Assembly (NCBI GenBank): GCA_017623115.1
Contig: JAGAPT010000050.1
Span: forward strand, 4,107 to 68,106
Origin: Alistipes sp.
GTDB lineage: Bacteria; Bacteroidota; Bacteroidia; Bacteroidales; Rikenellaceae
DNA: 64,000 bases
Direction: 5' to 3'
This document shows positions 10,201-20,474 of this stretch, one piece after another. The first letter of the stretch is position 1, and each line of letters starts with the position of its first letter. Made by a program: the position numbers and the translations under genes. Under the pieces are notes generated by a model. That model ran no database searches. It was not told the DNA's origin and saw only the letters and a program-made list of their open reading frames with translations.

Positions 10201-10724
10201 AGCATTTGAGAGGATGAGGAGAGTTTGAGGGTAAAGAGACGTTCGGTAAACCCTATGATCAGCAGAGTGCCGGCACTACTGAGCAGGATGCGTAGCAGGG
10301 TGCGTGGCAGGTGATACCACGACAAGGCCTCGAGCGAGAAGAAGAGCGTGTGGTGAAGCAAGATCATCACCACTACGTAACTCCAAAAGAGTTGTTTACC
10401 CATTCGCTCGGGCGAGGGGAGGCCATCATCGCGCATATCATCGCGAGCCGAGAGCAGACGGATGATGTTGGGGCGCAGAAAGGCCACCGGAAGCGTCGCA
10501 ATGGTATTGATGCCGGCAATGCCCATCGTGGCATCCATCACAATACCCATCAAAAGTCCCAGCCCCAGCATCAGAATAGGGGTGCTCTCCAGGGGCAACA
10601 GCACCAGGAAGGTGAGGTAGACCAACGGGCAAAAGAAGGTGCTGATGGCCAAATTGTTGAAGAGAAAGATCTGCAACAACGCCATCACGATGAAGAGGAG
10701 TATGTAGGAGGGTGTACGATGCAT
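10197..10724 (-). CDS. mreD: Rod shape-determining protein MreD
   Basis: Small hydrophobic protein between mreC and mrdA with a 4-nt overlap; GLLMGIVMD segment. Confidence 0.8.
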   Translation of the reverse strand: MHRTPSYILLFIVMALLQIFLFNNLAISTFFCPLVYLTFLVLLPLESTPILMLGLGLLMGIVMDATMGIAGINTIATLPVAFLRPNIIRLLSARDDMRDDGLPSPERMGKQLFWSYVVVMILLHHTLFFSLEALSWYHLPRTLLRILLSSAGTLLIIGFTERLFTLKLSSSSQML

Positions 10725-10728
10725 GGGG

Positions 10729-11580
10729 TTAGTTCATTTCAAGTTCTCGAATCGCTTCGCTGTGTTGCAGATTGTCGATTTCGCCCTGGTCGAGGTTCTC
10801 GATCAACACCAGATTGCTCATCGTGTTGAGGTCGGCTGCCAAACGAATCCGCACGGTGTAGGAGGTGCCTACGGCATCGAGCTGAGCCTCTTCGACCGTA
10901 CCAATCAGCAACCCTTTCGGAAAATAGGACTCAAAGCCGGTCGTAACGATGCGGTCGCCCGGTTTCGGCTCGGCATATTTCGGCAACTCCTCGAGCAGGA
11001 TGTGGTGTGGGCTCGTGCCATCCCACGAGAGTGAGCCGTAGTGGTTGCCGCCTTCAATCGTGCCACTGGCACGGAACGAGCTGTTGAGAATCGATATCGC
11101 CACGGCATAACGCTCCGAGCAATCCACCACATAACCGGCAATGGCTCCTTCCGGCGTAGTAACAGCCATGCCGCTCAATACGCCATCGCCACGCCCCCGA
11201 TTCAGTGTGATGTAGTTGCGTGAGCGACCCACCGAATTGCCGACTACCGCGGCTGCCATCATGCGGTATTGCGACGAGCCAAGGTTGCGTAACTCCTCTT
11301 GGAGGGCTACTTCGGTTGCTGCCTCCTGGTAACGGGCCAACTGCTCCTCGAGTTGAGCGATGCGCTGCGTCAGCTGGCGATTCTTCTTTCCGAGTGAGAA
11401 GAAGTTGCCCACGCCACTCACAGCTTGATGCAATCCTCCGACGATACGGTTTGACTGCACCAACAGCCGTGCCTCGGTGTAGGCGGTCGAGCGGGCATAG
11501 TAACTCAAGGCTGTGAGCTCCAGTAAGACAAAGAGCACAGCTACATAGACCGCTCGGATAAATTCGACAAGTTTACGCAT
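10729..11580 (-). CDS. mreC: Rod shape-determining protein MreC
   Basis: TM, then coiled coil, then NYITLNRG..DG..GMAV and GDRIVTTG..FPKGLLIG; follows mreB. Confidence 0.92.
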   Translation of the reverse strand: MRKLVEFIRAVYVAVLFVLLELTALSYYARSTAYTEARLLVQSNRIVGGLHQAVSGVGNFFSLGKKNRQLTQRIAQLEEQLARYQEAATEVALQEELRNLGSSQYRMMAAAVVGNSVGRSRNYITLNRGRGDGVLSGMAVTTPEGAIAGYVVDCSERYAVAISILNSSFRASGTIEGGNHYGSLSWDGTSPHHILLEELPKYAEPKPGDRIVTTGFESYFPKGLLIGTVEEAQLDAVGTSYTVRIRLAADLNTMSNLVLIENLDQGEIDNLQHSEAIRELEMN

Positions 11581-11635
11581 GGCCAGAGAAAAGAATTGCG
11601 GGCTTTCAGTAAGCTCGCAATCCCCTTGTTTGGTG

Positions 11636-12655
11636 TTATCTCATCAGGAACGAGAAGCGATTGATATTCTTCAGTGCGACTCCCGTACCACGCACGATGG
11701 CACGCAATGGGTCTTCGGCAATGTGTACCGGGATGCCGGTCTTGGCATTCAGACGACGGTCCAGACCCTTAATCAACGCGCCACCTCCGGTCAGGTAGAT
11801 ACCATTCTTGACGATGTCGGTATACAACTCGGGGGGCATCGACTCCAGTACCTTCATCAAGGCGTCATCCAACTTCACGAGTGAGTTCTCGAGGGCGTAG
11901 GCAATCTCGCTATACGAGAGTTTGACGGTCTGCGGCAGTGCCGTGAGCATGTTGGGTGCCGTAACGACATAATCTTCGGGCTCCTCCTCCAACTCCGATA
12001 TGGCTGCACCGATGGCAATCTTAATCGACTCGGCTGTGCGCTCACCGATGCGGATGCTGTGTTGCTGACGAACGTAGTTCTGAATGTCTGAGGTGAAGAC
12101 GTCTCCTGCTACGTTAATCGACTCCGAGCAGACAATACCACCCAACGAGATGCAGGCAATCTCCGACGTACCACCACCGATGTCGATGACCATGTGGCCT
12201 TCGGGAGCCTCGACATCGAGGCCGGCACCCAAAGCAGCCGCCATCGGCTCGTAAATCATGTAGACCTCGCGACCTCCGGCATGCTCGGCCGAGTCGCGCA
12301 CGGCACGAATCTCGACGTTGGTCGAACCCGAGGGAATACAGATAACCATGCGCAACGACGGGGCAAACAACGACCCCGAGGTCTTCACCTTTTTAATCAA
12401 GCTGCGCAGCATGAGTTCCGTAGCGTTGAAGTCGGCAATCACACCCTCTTTGAGCGGACGGATAGTCTTGATGTTGGGGTTCTCCTTACCATGCATCTTC
12501 TGTGCCTGCTCGCCCACGGCAATCAGGCGACCCGTATGTACATCCAATGCGACAATCGACGGCTCGTCAACCACCACCTTGCCGTTGTAAATAATGAGCG
12601 TATTGGCCGTTCCAAGGTCAATCGCCAACTCCTGTGTCAATGAAAAAATACCCAT
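11636..12655 (-). CDS. mreB: Rod shape-determining protein MreB
   Basis: IDLGTANT, DEPSIVA, EPMAAALGAG, DIGGGTSE, LTGGGAL, EDPL. Confidence 0.97.
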   Translation of the reverse strand: MGIFSLTQELAIDLGTANTLIIYNGKVVVDEPSIVALDVHTGRLIAVGEQAQKMHGKENPNIKTIRPLKEGVIADFNATELMLRSLIKKVKTSGSLFAPSLRMVICIPSGSTNVEIRAVRDSAEHAGGREVYMIYEPMAAALGAGLDVEAPEGHMVIDIGGGTSEIACISLGGIVCSESINVAGDVFTSDIQNYVRQQHSIRIGERTAESIKIAIGAAISELEEEPEDYVVTAPNMLTALPQTVKLSYSEIAYALENSLVKLDDALMKVLESMPPELYTDIVKNGIYLTGGGALIKGLDRRLNAKTGIPVHIAEDPLRAIVRGTGVALKNINRFSFLMR

Positions 12656-12753
12656 CTGCGAAATGTGTGCCCTATATGGTTTAACTTATTATATATCAGT
12701 TGATTGATGTGTTCCTGCGACGCCTCGGTTTTCGAGGGTGGGTTACACCTCTA

Positions 12754-12761
12754 CAAAGGTA
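12754..12761 (-). promoter_or_regulatory. -7 promoter element for the mreB operon
   Basis: Reverse complement is TACCTTTG; about 100 nt upstream of mreB and downstream of the skp terminator. Confidence 0.6.
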
Positions 12762-12807
12762 CGAATTTTATTAGGATTTTTATCAAGAAAAAATAGAAGT
12801 TTTTTGC

Positions 12808-12842
12808 AAAAAAAACAGTCCAACCCGAAAGGTTGGACTGTT
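12808..12842 (-). terminator. Intrinsic terminator of the uppS-bamA-skp-skp operon
   Basis: 12-bp stem AACAGTCCAACC / GGTTGGACTGTT followed by a T-run on the minus strand. Confidence 0.85.
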
Positions 12843-12868
12843 GTGAAACAAGCGACTTCTGTGGTCGT

Positions 12869-13399
12869 TTACTGTGCAGCCGGTGTAGCCGTCTCCGTAA
12901 TACCCAGCTCCTTCTTTACGAGGGGGGTAATATCGGTCATCGTAGCCTCGTCGAAGTAAATCAGCGAGCCGCTCTCGAAGATGGCCGTGTAGCCACCTGC
13001 CTTGCTGACGGTCTGGATAGCCTTCTGTGCCTTCTCGACAATCGGCGTCATCAGCTCCTGCTCCTTCTTGCCGAGGTCCTGCTGGGCCATCTGCTGCAAC
13101 TCGTTACCACGCGTGCGGAGATCGTTGAGCTCCTTCTCCTTAATCTGACGTACGGCATCCGACATCGTGTTGAGGTTCTTCTGGAACTCCTGCAACTTGT
13201 TGTTGAACTCGACGTTGATAGCCTCGAGATTCTCCTCCCAATCCTTCTGTACGGCCTGCAGGCTGGTCTGCATCTCCTTCGTCTCGGGCATGGCGAGAAT
13301 CACCTCCTGCGAGTTGATGCGACCCAGTTTCTGTGCAAAGAGCGTCGTGCTGCTCAGCACCATAGCGACCGCGAGGGTCAGTTTCAATACTTTCTTCAT
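12869..13399 (-). CDS. skp: OmpH/Skp periplasmic chaperone
   Basis: Signal peptide, QKLGRINSQEVILAMPE, coiled-coil body; downstream of bamA. Confidence 0.9.
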   Translation of the reverse strand: MKKVLKLTLAVAMVLSSTTLFAQKLGRINSQEVILAMPETKEMQTSLQAVQKDWEENLEAINVEFNNKLQEFQKNLNTMSDAVRQIKEKELNDLRTRGNELQQMAQQDLGKKEQELMTPIVEKAQKAIQTVSKAGGYTAIFESGSLIYFDEATMTDITPLVKKELGITETATPAAQ

Positions 13400-13439
13400 A
13401 GTTGTTTGTAGTGATTATTTTTTGATGAATTGTTGTTTG

Positions 13440-13943
13440 CTATTTCAGGCTGTCGATCAACTGTTGTGTGCGCTCCACCGAGGCTGTGTTGTACAGCAGG
13501 GTGGGGTTGTTCGACGAGTCGATAACCACTTCGGCTCCCACCTGCTTGGCATAGGCTTCGATGGCCTTGAAGACGCGCTCCTGAATCGGCTTGATCAACT
13601 CAACACGCTTCTTCATCAAGGTGCCCTCCTGGCCGAAGAGCGACTCCTGGAACTCCGTAGCCTCCTGCTCCTTTTGCAGAATCACCTGCTCGAAATTCTG
13701 GCGGGTGGCGGCACTGAGTTGTGCGCGCTGGCTCTGGTAGTTGTTATAGAGCTCCTCGACCTCGGCAAATTTCGTATCTACCTGCTGTTGATATTGCTCG
13801 GCCAACTTATCCAATTCGGCGATAGCCGTGTTGTAAGCGGCAATCGATTTGAAAATCTTCTCGCTATTGACAACGATGGTGTTCTGAGCTGTGGCTGCAA
13901 TTCCCATGAGGAGCAGGGCCACCGTGAAAATCAACTGTTTCAT
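13440..13943 (-). CDS. skp: OmpH/Skp periplasmic chaperone (second paralogue)
   Basis: Signal peptide, VVNSEKIFKSI, LIKPIQERVF; immediately after bamA. Confidence 0.9.
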   Translation of the reverse strand: MKQLIFTVALLLMGIAATAQNTIVVNSEKIFKSIAAYNTAIAELDKLAEQYQQQVDTKFAEVEELYNNYQSQRAQLSAATRQNFEQVILQKEQEATEFQESLFGQEGTLMKKRVELIKPIQERVFKAIEAYAKQVGAEVVIDSSNNPTLLYNTASVERTQQLIDSLK

Positions 13944-14039
13944 AACGCGTTTCTTTTATGTGTAACGTAATTCTTTTTTCGGTTTGCAAGAAGCGTACCT
14001 GCAAAGAGAACGTCGGAATACCTTATTTTATTATCTATA

Positions 14040-16586
14040 TTAGAATTGCTGACCCATGACGAAGTGGAATTGGCTGCCGCTCTTGTCGGTCTGGCCGGCC
14101 GGAGCATCGAAGCCGTAACCCCAGTCGATGCCGAGCATACCCACCACCGGCAGATAGAGGCGCACACCGAAACCGGCCGAACGCTTAATCTTGAAGGGCG
14201 AGAACGACTTCCACGAGTCGAAGGCGTTACCACCCTCGAGGAATCCGAGTACATAAATCTGCGACGAGGGCTTCAGGATGACCGGATAGCGCAACTCGGC
14301 CGTATATTTATTATAGGCAATCGAGTAGTAGTCGTTCACGGGGTCGAGGGCACCATCCTCGTAACCACGCATCGAGATGATGTCGATACCGTAGATGTTG
14401 TAACCCGACATACCGTCACCACCGACCTCGAATCGCTCAAAGGGCGAGGTCTTGTGTTTGTTGTAATGACCCAGATAACCCATCTCGGCCTTCACCATCA
14501 GGACGAGGTTTTGGTTGGGCGTGAGGGCTTGGAACCACTGCGATTTGAGCTGCCATTTGTGGAACTCGATCCACTCGTAACGCTCGCTGTCGCTCATCGA
14601 CTCGTCGGCATAATCCTTTCCATCCCACAACGAGTAGGGGGGCGTAGCCTGCACCGAGATGCTGAAATCCGAACCACGACGCGGATAGATGGGCTGGTCG
14701 ACCGAGTTACGTCCGAAGACCAATTTGAGCGAGAAGAGGTTGGCGTTACCATTCGACATGACAAACGAGTTCCAGTTCTTCAGGTTGTAACGCTCGTAGC
14801 TGGCCTCACCATAGAGGGTGAAGTAGGGGTCGGGCCACGTCAGACGCTTACCCAAACCGACGGCCACACCGAACGTGCGGAAGTGCATCGTCGAGGTCTG
14901 CCATACGTAGTAGGCGTTGTTCTGCTCCGACCAGTGAGCCGAGATGGTCAGCGAATTAGGCTTCTTGCCACCCACCCAGGGGTCGGTGAAACTGAACGAG
15001 AAGGCTTTGTAGTAGGTACCGTTCGTCTGTGCCGAGAGCGAGAGACGTTGGTTCTGTCCCATCGGATAGGGACGCCAGGCTCCCTTCTTGAAGGTGTTCT
15101 TAATCGAGAGGTTGTTGAAGGTGATGCCGACCGAGCCGACAAAGGTACCCGAGCCCCAACCACCGGCGATGTTGAACTGGTCCGAGGCTTGCTCCTCGAG
15201 CGGCCAGTTGACATCCACCAATTCGTTGGATACAGGCTTGATGTCGGGCATGATGGCCTCGGGGTTGAAGTGGCCCATCTGGCCGAGCATGCGGATCGTC
15301 TGCATGAGCATCGAGCGGTCGTACAACTCGCCCGGGCGGGTGTAGAGTTCGCGGCGAATCACCTCGTCGTCGACACGCTGGTTGCCGGTGATGCCCACCT
15401 CGTTGATGGTAAACTGCTTACCCTCGAAGACCTTGACCTGAATGTCAATCGAATCGGCTCCGATGATGGTCTCGGCCGGCTCAATTTGCGACATCAGATA
15501 ACCGCTGTTCTGATACATCGACTTGATGGACATATCTTCGGGGTTCTCCTCACGACCGATACCGAGACGCTTGTGCATCGACTTCTTGTCGTAGGTGTCG
15601 CCCTTCTTCACGGCAAAGCGGTTCTGCAAATCTTCGGTCGAGTAGACCGAGTTGCCGACCCACGAGACATCGCGGATGTAGTATTTGTTGCCCTCCGAGA
15701 CATTGAGGTCGATGGCGATGCGGTTTTCAGCCGTGGGATAGATCGAGTCGCGGAGAATCGTGGCATTGCGATAGCCCTTCGAGTTGTAGAAGTCGATGAG
15801 CAACTCCTTATCCTCGGCATACTCCTTTTCGTTGAGTTTCGTGCCCTTGAAGAAGTTGATGCTCTTCTGGTGGGTCTTCTTGAAGGTGCGGCGCAGACGT
15901 TTGGCCGGGAACACCTCGTTGCCGATGAAGTTAATCTTGCCGATTTTCACACGCTCCTTCTTGTCGATGATGAAGGTTACCGTAGCATATTGTGCACGAG
16001 CCGAATCCTGGTCGATGCGCCATGTCACCTCGGCATTGCGGAAGCCCTTCTCCTTCCAATAATCCTTGATTAACTTTTGGTTCTTGTCGAGCACATAATC
16101 CGAGAGCTCGCTGTTACGACGCAGTTTGAGTTTTTCGATCAGGTCCTTCTTTTTGCCATTCGAGATGCCCTCGAATTTCCACTCGTAGACACGCGGACGC
16201 TCTTTGAGGTAGACCTGCAGGTCGATGCTGTCGCCTTCGATGTCGGCACCAATCTTCACGTCGGCAAAGTGACGCTGGCTCCACAAGCGGGTAATGGCAT
16301 TCGAGATGAAGTTGCTCGGCAGGTAAATCGAGTCGCCCTCGACCAATCCGGCCGAGGCCTTGATGATGTTGCCATCGAGGTGCTCCAATCCGGTGATGTT
16401 GATTTTGCGGACATAGTAGAGTTGCTGACTGTTTGTGCGCTCGAACATCGGAGCATCGTGGGCAAAGGCCGGAGCCGTAGCCACGCTGTCAGCCGCTTCT
16501 GCCACGGCCGGTTCTTGTGCCATCAGCGTTGTGTGACCTGCGAGTAACGCTGCAGCGAGTATCACTAATCTCTTCAAGTAATTCAT
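14040..16586 (-). CDS. bamA: Outer-membrane protein assembly factor BamA
   Basis: POTRA repeats (GNQRVDDEVIRREL), MRGY motif, GFGVRLYLP..GMLGIDWGYG, C-terminal Phe. Confidence 0.95.
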   Translation of the reverse strand: MNYLKRLVILAAALLAGHTTLMAQEPAVAEAADSVATAPAFAHDAPMFERTNSQQLYYVRKINITGLEHLDGNIIKASAGLVEGDSIYLPSNFISNAITRLWSQRHFADVKIGADIEGDSIDLQVYLKERPRVYEWKFEGISNGKKKDLIEKLKLRRNSELSDYVLDKNQKLIKDYWKEKGFRNAEVTWRIDQDSARAQYATVTFIIDKKERVKIGKINFIGNEVFPAKRLRRTFKKTHQKSINFFKGTKLNEKEYAEDKELLIDFYNSKGYRNATILRDSIYPTAENRIAIDLNVSEGNKYYIRDVSWVGNSVYSTEDLQNRFAVKKGDTYDKKSMHKRLGIGREENPEDMSIKSMYQNSGYLMSQIEPAETIIGADSIDIQVKVFEGKQFTINEVGITGNQRVDDEVIRRELYTRPGELYDRSMLMQTIRMLGQMGHFNPEAIMPDIKPVSNELVDVNWPLEEQASDQFNIAGGWGSGTFVGSVGITFNNLSIKNTFKKGAWRPYPMGQNQRLSLSAQTNGTYYKAFSFSFTDPWVGGKKPNSLTISAHWSEQNNAYYVWQTSTMHFRTFGVAVGLGKRLTWPDPYFTLYGEASYERYNLKNWNSFVMSNGNANLFSLKLVFGRNSVDQPIYPRRGSDFSISVQATPPYSLWDGKDYADESMSDSERYEWIEFHKWQLKSQWFQALTPNQNLVLMVKAEMGYLGHYNKHKTSPFERFEVGGDGMSGYNIYGIDIISMRGYEDGALDPVNDYYSIAYNKYTAELRYPVILKPSSQIYVLGFLEGGNAFDSWKSFSPFKIKRSAGFGVRLYLPVVGMLGIDWGYGFDAPAGQTDKSGSQFHFVMGQQF

Positions 16587-16612
16587 CTATTTCGAAAAAT
16601 CTTCGTTAGCTG

Positions 16613-17323
16613 TTACAATTTGCCGAAACGCCGGTTGCGTTGGGCGTAGACCTCCAAAGCATGGGCGAAATCCTCGGCCGTAAAGTCGGGCCAGAGCACC
16701 TCCGGAAAGTAGAACTCGGCATAAGCGGCCTGCCACATCAGGAAGTTGCTCAGTCGTTGCTCACCGCTCGTGCGAATGATGAGGTCGGGGTCGGGCATGA
16801 AGGCCGTATCGAGGTGTGCAGCGATGCACTGCTCGTCGATAGCCGCTGCGGTCAAGGTGCCGGCGGCTACCTCAGCGGCCATACGTTGGGTGGCACGGCG
16901 CAACTCGTCGCGCGACGAGTAGTTCAGTGCCAAGACCATCGTCAGCCTCTCTCCCTCGGCCGTCTCCTGCTCGATTTGGTCGAGGAAACTGCGCACACGC
17001 TCCGAAAAACGGGTGCGCTCACCGATGATACGGACACGTACTCCTTGTGCCTTCAATTCGGGGGTCTCCTGAATGATGCAACGGCACAGCAACTCCATCA
17101 ACGCCTCGACCTCGGCCGTGGGGCGACCCCAGTTTTCGGTCGAGAAGGCGTAGAAGGTCAGGTAGCGTACACCATGCTTGATAGCAGCCTTGATACAGGT
17201 GCGTATCGGCTCTACACCGGCCATGTGCCCTTCGGCGCGCTCTTTACCGCGCAACTGGGCCCAACGACCGTTTCCATCCATGATGATGGCGACGTGTTGT
17301 GGAATACGTTCTTCGAGGCTCAT
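16613..17323 (-). CDS. uppS: Undecaprenyl diphosphate synthase
   Basis: HVAIIMDGNGRW, AFSTENW.RP, DLIIRTSGEQRLSNF. Start set at MSLEER because a TATATTTG element lies at 17333-17340 on the minus strand. Confidence 0.95.
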   Translation of the reverse strand: MSLEERIPQHVAIIMDGNGRWAQLRGKERAEGHMAGVEPIRTCIKAAIKHGVRYLTFYAFSTENWGRPTAEVEALMELLCRCIIQETPELKAQGVRVRIIGERTRFSERVRSFLDQIEQETAEGERLTMVLALNYSSRDELRRATQRMAAEVAAGTLTAAAIDEQCIAAHLDTAFMPDPDLIIRTSGEQRLSNFLMWQAAYAEFYFPEVLWPDFTAEDFAHALEVYAQRNRRFGKL

Positions 17324-17404
17324 AATAGGGTGCAAATATAGGGATAAAAAATGAAATAACAGGAGTTTTCTGCGCTTTCTTTCCCGATTTTTGCATTAGT
17401 TGGC

Positions 17405-18283
17405 TTAGCTGCGCGGGTCAAGACCCCACATCATCTTATTGCGTAACGTGTCGTAGAAGGAGATATTGTGCGGTACGGCCAGGAAAATTGCGTGTTCAGC
17501 CTTGCGGATTTCGAAGGTGGCATCCTTGCCTGCGGCATAGGAGCGGTTGTCGAGTGTGGCGAAGGCTTCGTTGTGGCGCATGCGGATGCGCAGACGGATG
17601 TGGCTCGTGTCGGGGATGACCACGGGGCGCATCGTCAGGTTGTGCGGAGCCAGTGGTGAGATGACGAGGCAGGCGCATGCCGGAGCCACAACCGGGCCAC
17701 CGGCACTCAAGGCGTAGGCCGTCGAGCCGGTAGGGGTCGAGACGATGACCCCGTCGCCGTGGTAGGTGGCGACCATCTGCTCGTCGACATACGTTTCGAC
17801 CGAAATCATGCCGGCTCCATGTCGCTGAATCGAGAACTCATTGAGTGCCAACGAAGAGTCGGGTTGCTCGGCAAAATCGCCACTGACGTGGAGCAGGGTG
17901 CGTCGCTCGACCTGAAGATGCCCTGCGGCAACCTCCGCAAAGAGGGCCTTGAGTCCTTCGTTGGGAGCACTGGTCAGGAATCCCAGATGTCCGGCGTTGA
18001 TGCCCAGCACGGGGATGGGTTCGTGGCCGAGACGGTGTACTCCCTCGAGGAGGGTGCCATCGCCGCCATAGCAGACCATTACCGTTCCGGCAGGTTGCGG
18101 GCCGACCGTGAATCGATATTGGGATGCGAGTGGAATTTTCCACCCGATTTGTTCGGCAAGGATGGCTGCAAACTCCTCGTTTACAGCATACTCGAATCCG
18201 AATTGGTGTGCCGCATCACGCAACGCAGCGAGCTCTTCGCTGCTGTGTTTGAGTCCTTGACGGGAAAAAAGTAGGATTTTCAT
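17405..18283 (-). CDS. nadK: NAD kinase
   Basis: GGDGT, GINAGHLGFL, LNE, STPTGSTAYALSAGGP. Confidence 0.95.
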   Translation of the reverse strand: MKILLFSRQGLKHSSEELAALRDAAHQFGFEYAVNEEFAAILAEQIGWKIPLASQYRFTVGPQPAGTVMVCYGGDGTLLEGVHRLGHEPIPVLGINAGHLGFLTSAPNEGLKALFAEVAAGHLQVERRTLLHVSGDFAEQPDSSLALNEFSIQRHGAGMISVETYVDEQMVATYHGDGVIVSTPTGSTAYALSAGGPVVAPACACLVISPLAPHNLTMRPVVIPDTSHIRLRIRMRHNEAFATLDNRSYAAGKDATFEIRKAEHAIFLAVPHNISFYDTLRNKMMWGLDPRS

Positions 18284-18335
18284 CGGCTCGAAACAAAAAA
18301 ATGAGTAACTTTACCACTGCAAATATAACGAAATT

Positions 18336-19049
18336 GTGACAAAGTTAAGCGTAAACATCAATAAGATTGCCGTCTTGCGCAATTCGCGTGGCGGTAACTG
18401 CCCCAATGTGGTGCAGGCAGCCCTCGACATCGAGCGTTTTGGTGCCGATGGTATTACGGTGCATCCGCGTCCCGATGCACGCCACATCCGCTACGACGAC
18501 GTGCGGGATTTGAAGCGGGTCATTGCGACCGAACTCAACATCGAGGGAAACCCCATTCCGAGCTTCATCGACTTGGTGCTGGAGGTGATGCCGGCACAGG
18601 TGACGCTCGTGCCCGATGCCCCCGATGCCCTCACCTCGAATGCCGGTTGGGATACGATGCAGCACCGTGCGTTCCTGACCGAGGTGACGGCTCGTTTCCA
18701 TGAAAAGGGCATCCGGGTGTCGATTTTCGTCGATCCCGATCCGGCGATGGTGGCCGGGGCCAAGGCGTGTGGGGCTGACCGCGTGGAGCTCTACACGGAG
18801 TCCTATGCCCGTCTATACGGAGGCGGCCGTGAGGAGGCTATAGCCCCCTTTGTGGCGGCTGCCGAGGAGGCTCGCCGTCAGGGGTTGGGGCTGAATGCAG
18901 GCCACGACCTCTCGCTCGAGAATCTGGCCTACTACCACGAACGTATTCCCTGGACCGATGAGGTGTCGATTGGCCATGCGCTGATTGCCGATGCCCTCTA
19001 CCTCGGATTGGAGGAGACCGTGTGTCGCTATCAACAACAACTTAAATAG
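18336..19049 (+). CDS. pdxJ: Pyridoxine 5'-phosphate synthase
   Basis: [48 protein letters not shown]. Confidence 0.95.
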   Translation: MTKLSVNINKIAVLRNSRGGNCPNVVQAALDIERFGADGITVHPRPDARHIRYDDVRDLKRVIATELNIEGNPIPSFIDLVLEVMPAQVTLVPDAPDALTSNAGWDTMQHRAFLTEVTARFHEKGIRVSIFVDPDPAMVAGAKACGADRVELYTESYARLYGGGREEAIAPFVAAAEEARRQGLGLNAGHDLSLENLAYYHERIPWTDEVSIGHALIADALYLGLEETVCRYQQQLK

Positions 19050-19058
19050 CCCTCCTGC

Positions 19059-20474
19059 GTGCCACTTTCGCATCCGATATTTCGCCGTATCGCCCGCCTG
19101 GCTCGTGAGCAGGGGGTCGATGCCTATGTCGTGGGTGGGTATGTCCGCGACTACTATCTCCGTCGCCCGTCGACCGATATTGATGTCGTGGTGGTCGGCA
19201 GCGGGGTGGCGTTGGCCGAAGCCTTGGGGCGTGAACTGAAGACCAAGGTGTCGATTTTCAAGACCTTCGGCACGGCGATGTTGCGCACCCGTGATGGCAT
19301 CGAGGTGGAGTTTGTCGGGGCGCGACGTGAGAGTTATACGCGTGATTCGCGTAAGCCGCAGGTTGAGGCCGGAACGCTCGAAGATGACCAATACCGTCGC
19401 GACTTCACGATCAATGCCCTCGCATGGTCGCTTTCCGAAGAGCGTTTCGGTGAATTGGTAGACCCGTTTGGGGGGATGGAGGATATGGAGGATTGCCTGA
19501 TTCGCACCCCGTGTGACCCCGACATCACCTTCTCGGATGACCCCTTGCGCATGATGCGTGCCGTGCGGTTTGCCTCGCAGCTCGGCTTCATGATTGAGGA
19601 GGAGACCTTTGAGGCTATTGAGCGGAATGTCGAACGAATGGCTATCGTTTCGCGCGAACGTATCATTACCGAACTAAATAAGATTGTCCTTTCGCCTGTG
19701 CCATCGATGGGCTTCGAACTGCTCGAACGGTCGGGGTTGCTCAAACAAATCTTCCCCGAGATGGAGGCTTTGAAGGGGGTCGAGCGACGAGGCGCACATG
19801 CACACAAGGATAATTTCGTGCATACGCTCAAAGTGCTGGATAATGTGGCTCGACGTTCCGATGACCTCTGGTTGCGCTGGGCGGCCATCTTGCACGATAT
19901 TGGCAAACCCCGCACGAAGGGGTATGACCCCAAAATCGGTTGGACCTTCCATGGCCACGAGGTGGTCGGCTCGAAGATGGTGCCCCCGATTTTCCGCCAA
20001 CTGAAACTGCCGATGAACGAGCATATGAAGTTCGTGCAGAAACTCGTCTTTCTTCACCTGCGCCCGATTATCCTGTCGGAGGATTTGGTGACCGATTCGG
20101 CGGTGCGTCGTCTGCTCTTTGAGGCGGGTGATGATGTCGAGCAACTGATGCTCCTGTGCGAGGCCGACATCACATCGGGTATCGATGCCAAGGTGAAGCG
20201 TTACCTGAAAAATTTTGAGTTGGTACGCCGTAAGATGAAGGATTTGGAGGAGCGCGACCGCATCCGCAACTTCCAACCGCCGATTACGGGCGAAATCATC
20301 ATGCAGACCTATGGAATCCCTCCGTGTCGGGCCATTGGCGAGATTAAGGAGCAGATCAAAAATGCCATCCTCGATGGCGAGATTCCGAATGAATATGAGG
20401 CCGCCTACGCACTGATGGAGCGGCTGGCCGAAGAGCATGGTTTAACGAAACAAACGACTGAACATGAGAAATAA
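19059..20474 (+). CDS. cca: CCA tRNA nucleotidyltransferase / poly(A) polymerase family with HD domain
   Basis: VGGYVRD, DID, RRDFTINA, DDPLRMMRAVRF, LHDIGK. Confidence 0.88.
   Translation: MPLSHPIFRRIARLAREQGVDAYVVGGYVRDYYLRRPSTDIDVVVVGSGVALAEALGRELKTKVSIFKTFGTAMLRTRDGIEVEFVGARRESYTRDSRKPQVEAGTLEDDQYRRDFTINALAWSLSEERFGELVDPFGGMEDMEDCLIRTPCDPDITFSDDPLRMMRAVRFASQLGFMIEEETFEAIERNVERMAIVSRERIITELNKIVLSPVPSMGFELLERSGLLKQIFPEMEALKGVERRGAHAHKDNFVHTLKVLDNVARRSDDLWLRWAAILHDIGKPRTKGYDPKIGWTFHGHEVVGSKMVPPIFRQLKLPMNEHMKFVQKLVFLHLRPIILSEDLVTDSAVRRLLFEAGDDVEQLMLLCEADITSGIDAKVKRYLKNFELVRRKMKDLEERDRIRNFQPPITGEIIMQTYGIPPCRAIGEIKEQIKNAILDGEIPNEYEAAYALMERLAEEHGLTKQTTEHEK

Noticed and set aside
12656-12753. 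About 90-nt mreB leader with a CCTCG-N5-CGAGG hairpin as a possible riboswitch
   Set aside because: Only a 5-bp stem; no recognisable aptamer or terminator/antiterminator pair.
14046-16073. 675-aa + strand ORF over bamA; similar long antisense ORFs at 22842-24836, 25694-26980, 39186-40406, 53106-54368, 55778-57340 and 59066-60700
   Set aside because: All lie fully opposite well-supported genes in a GC-rich genome and have no family motifs.
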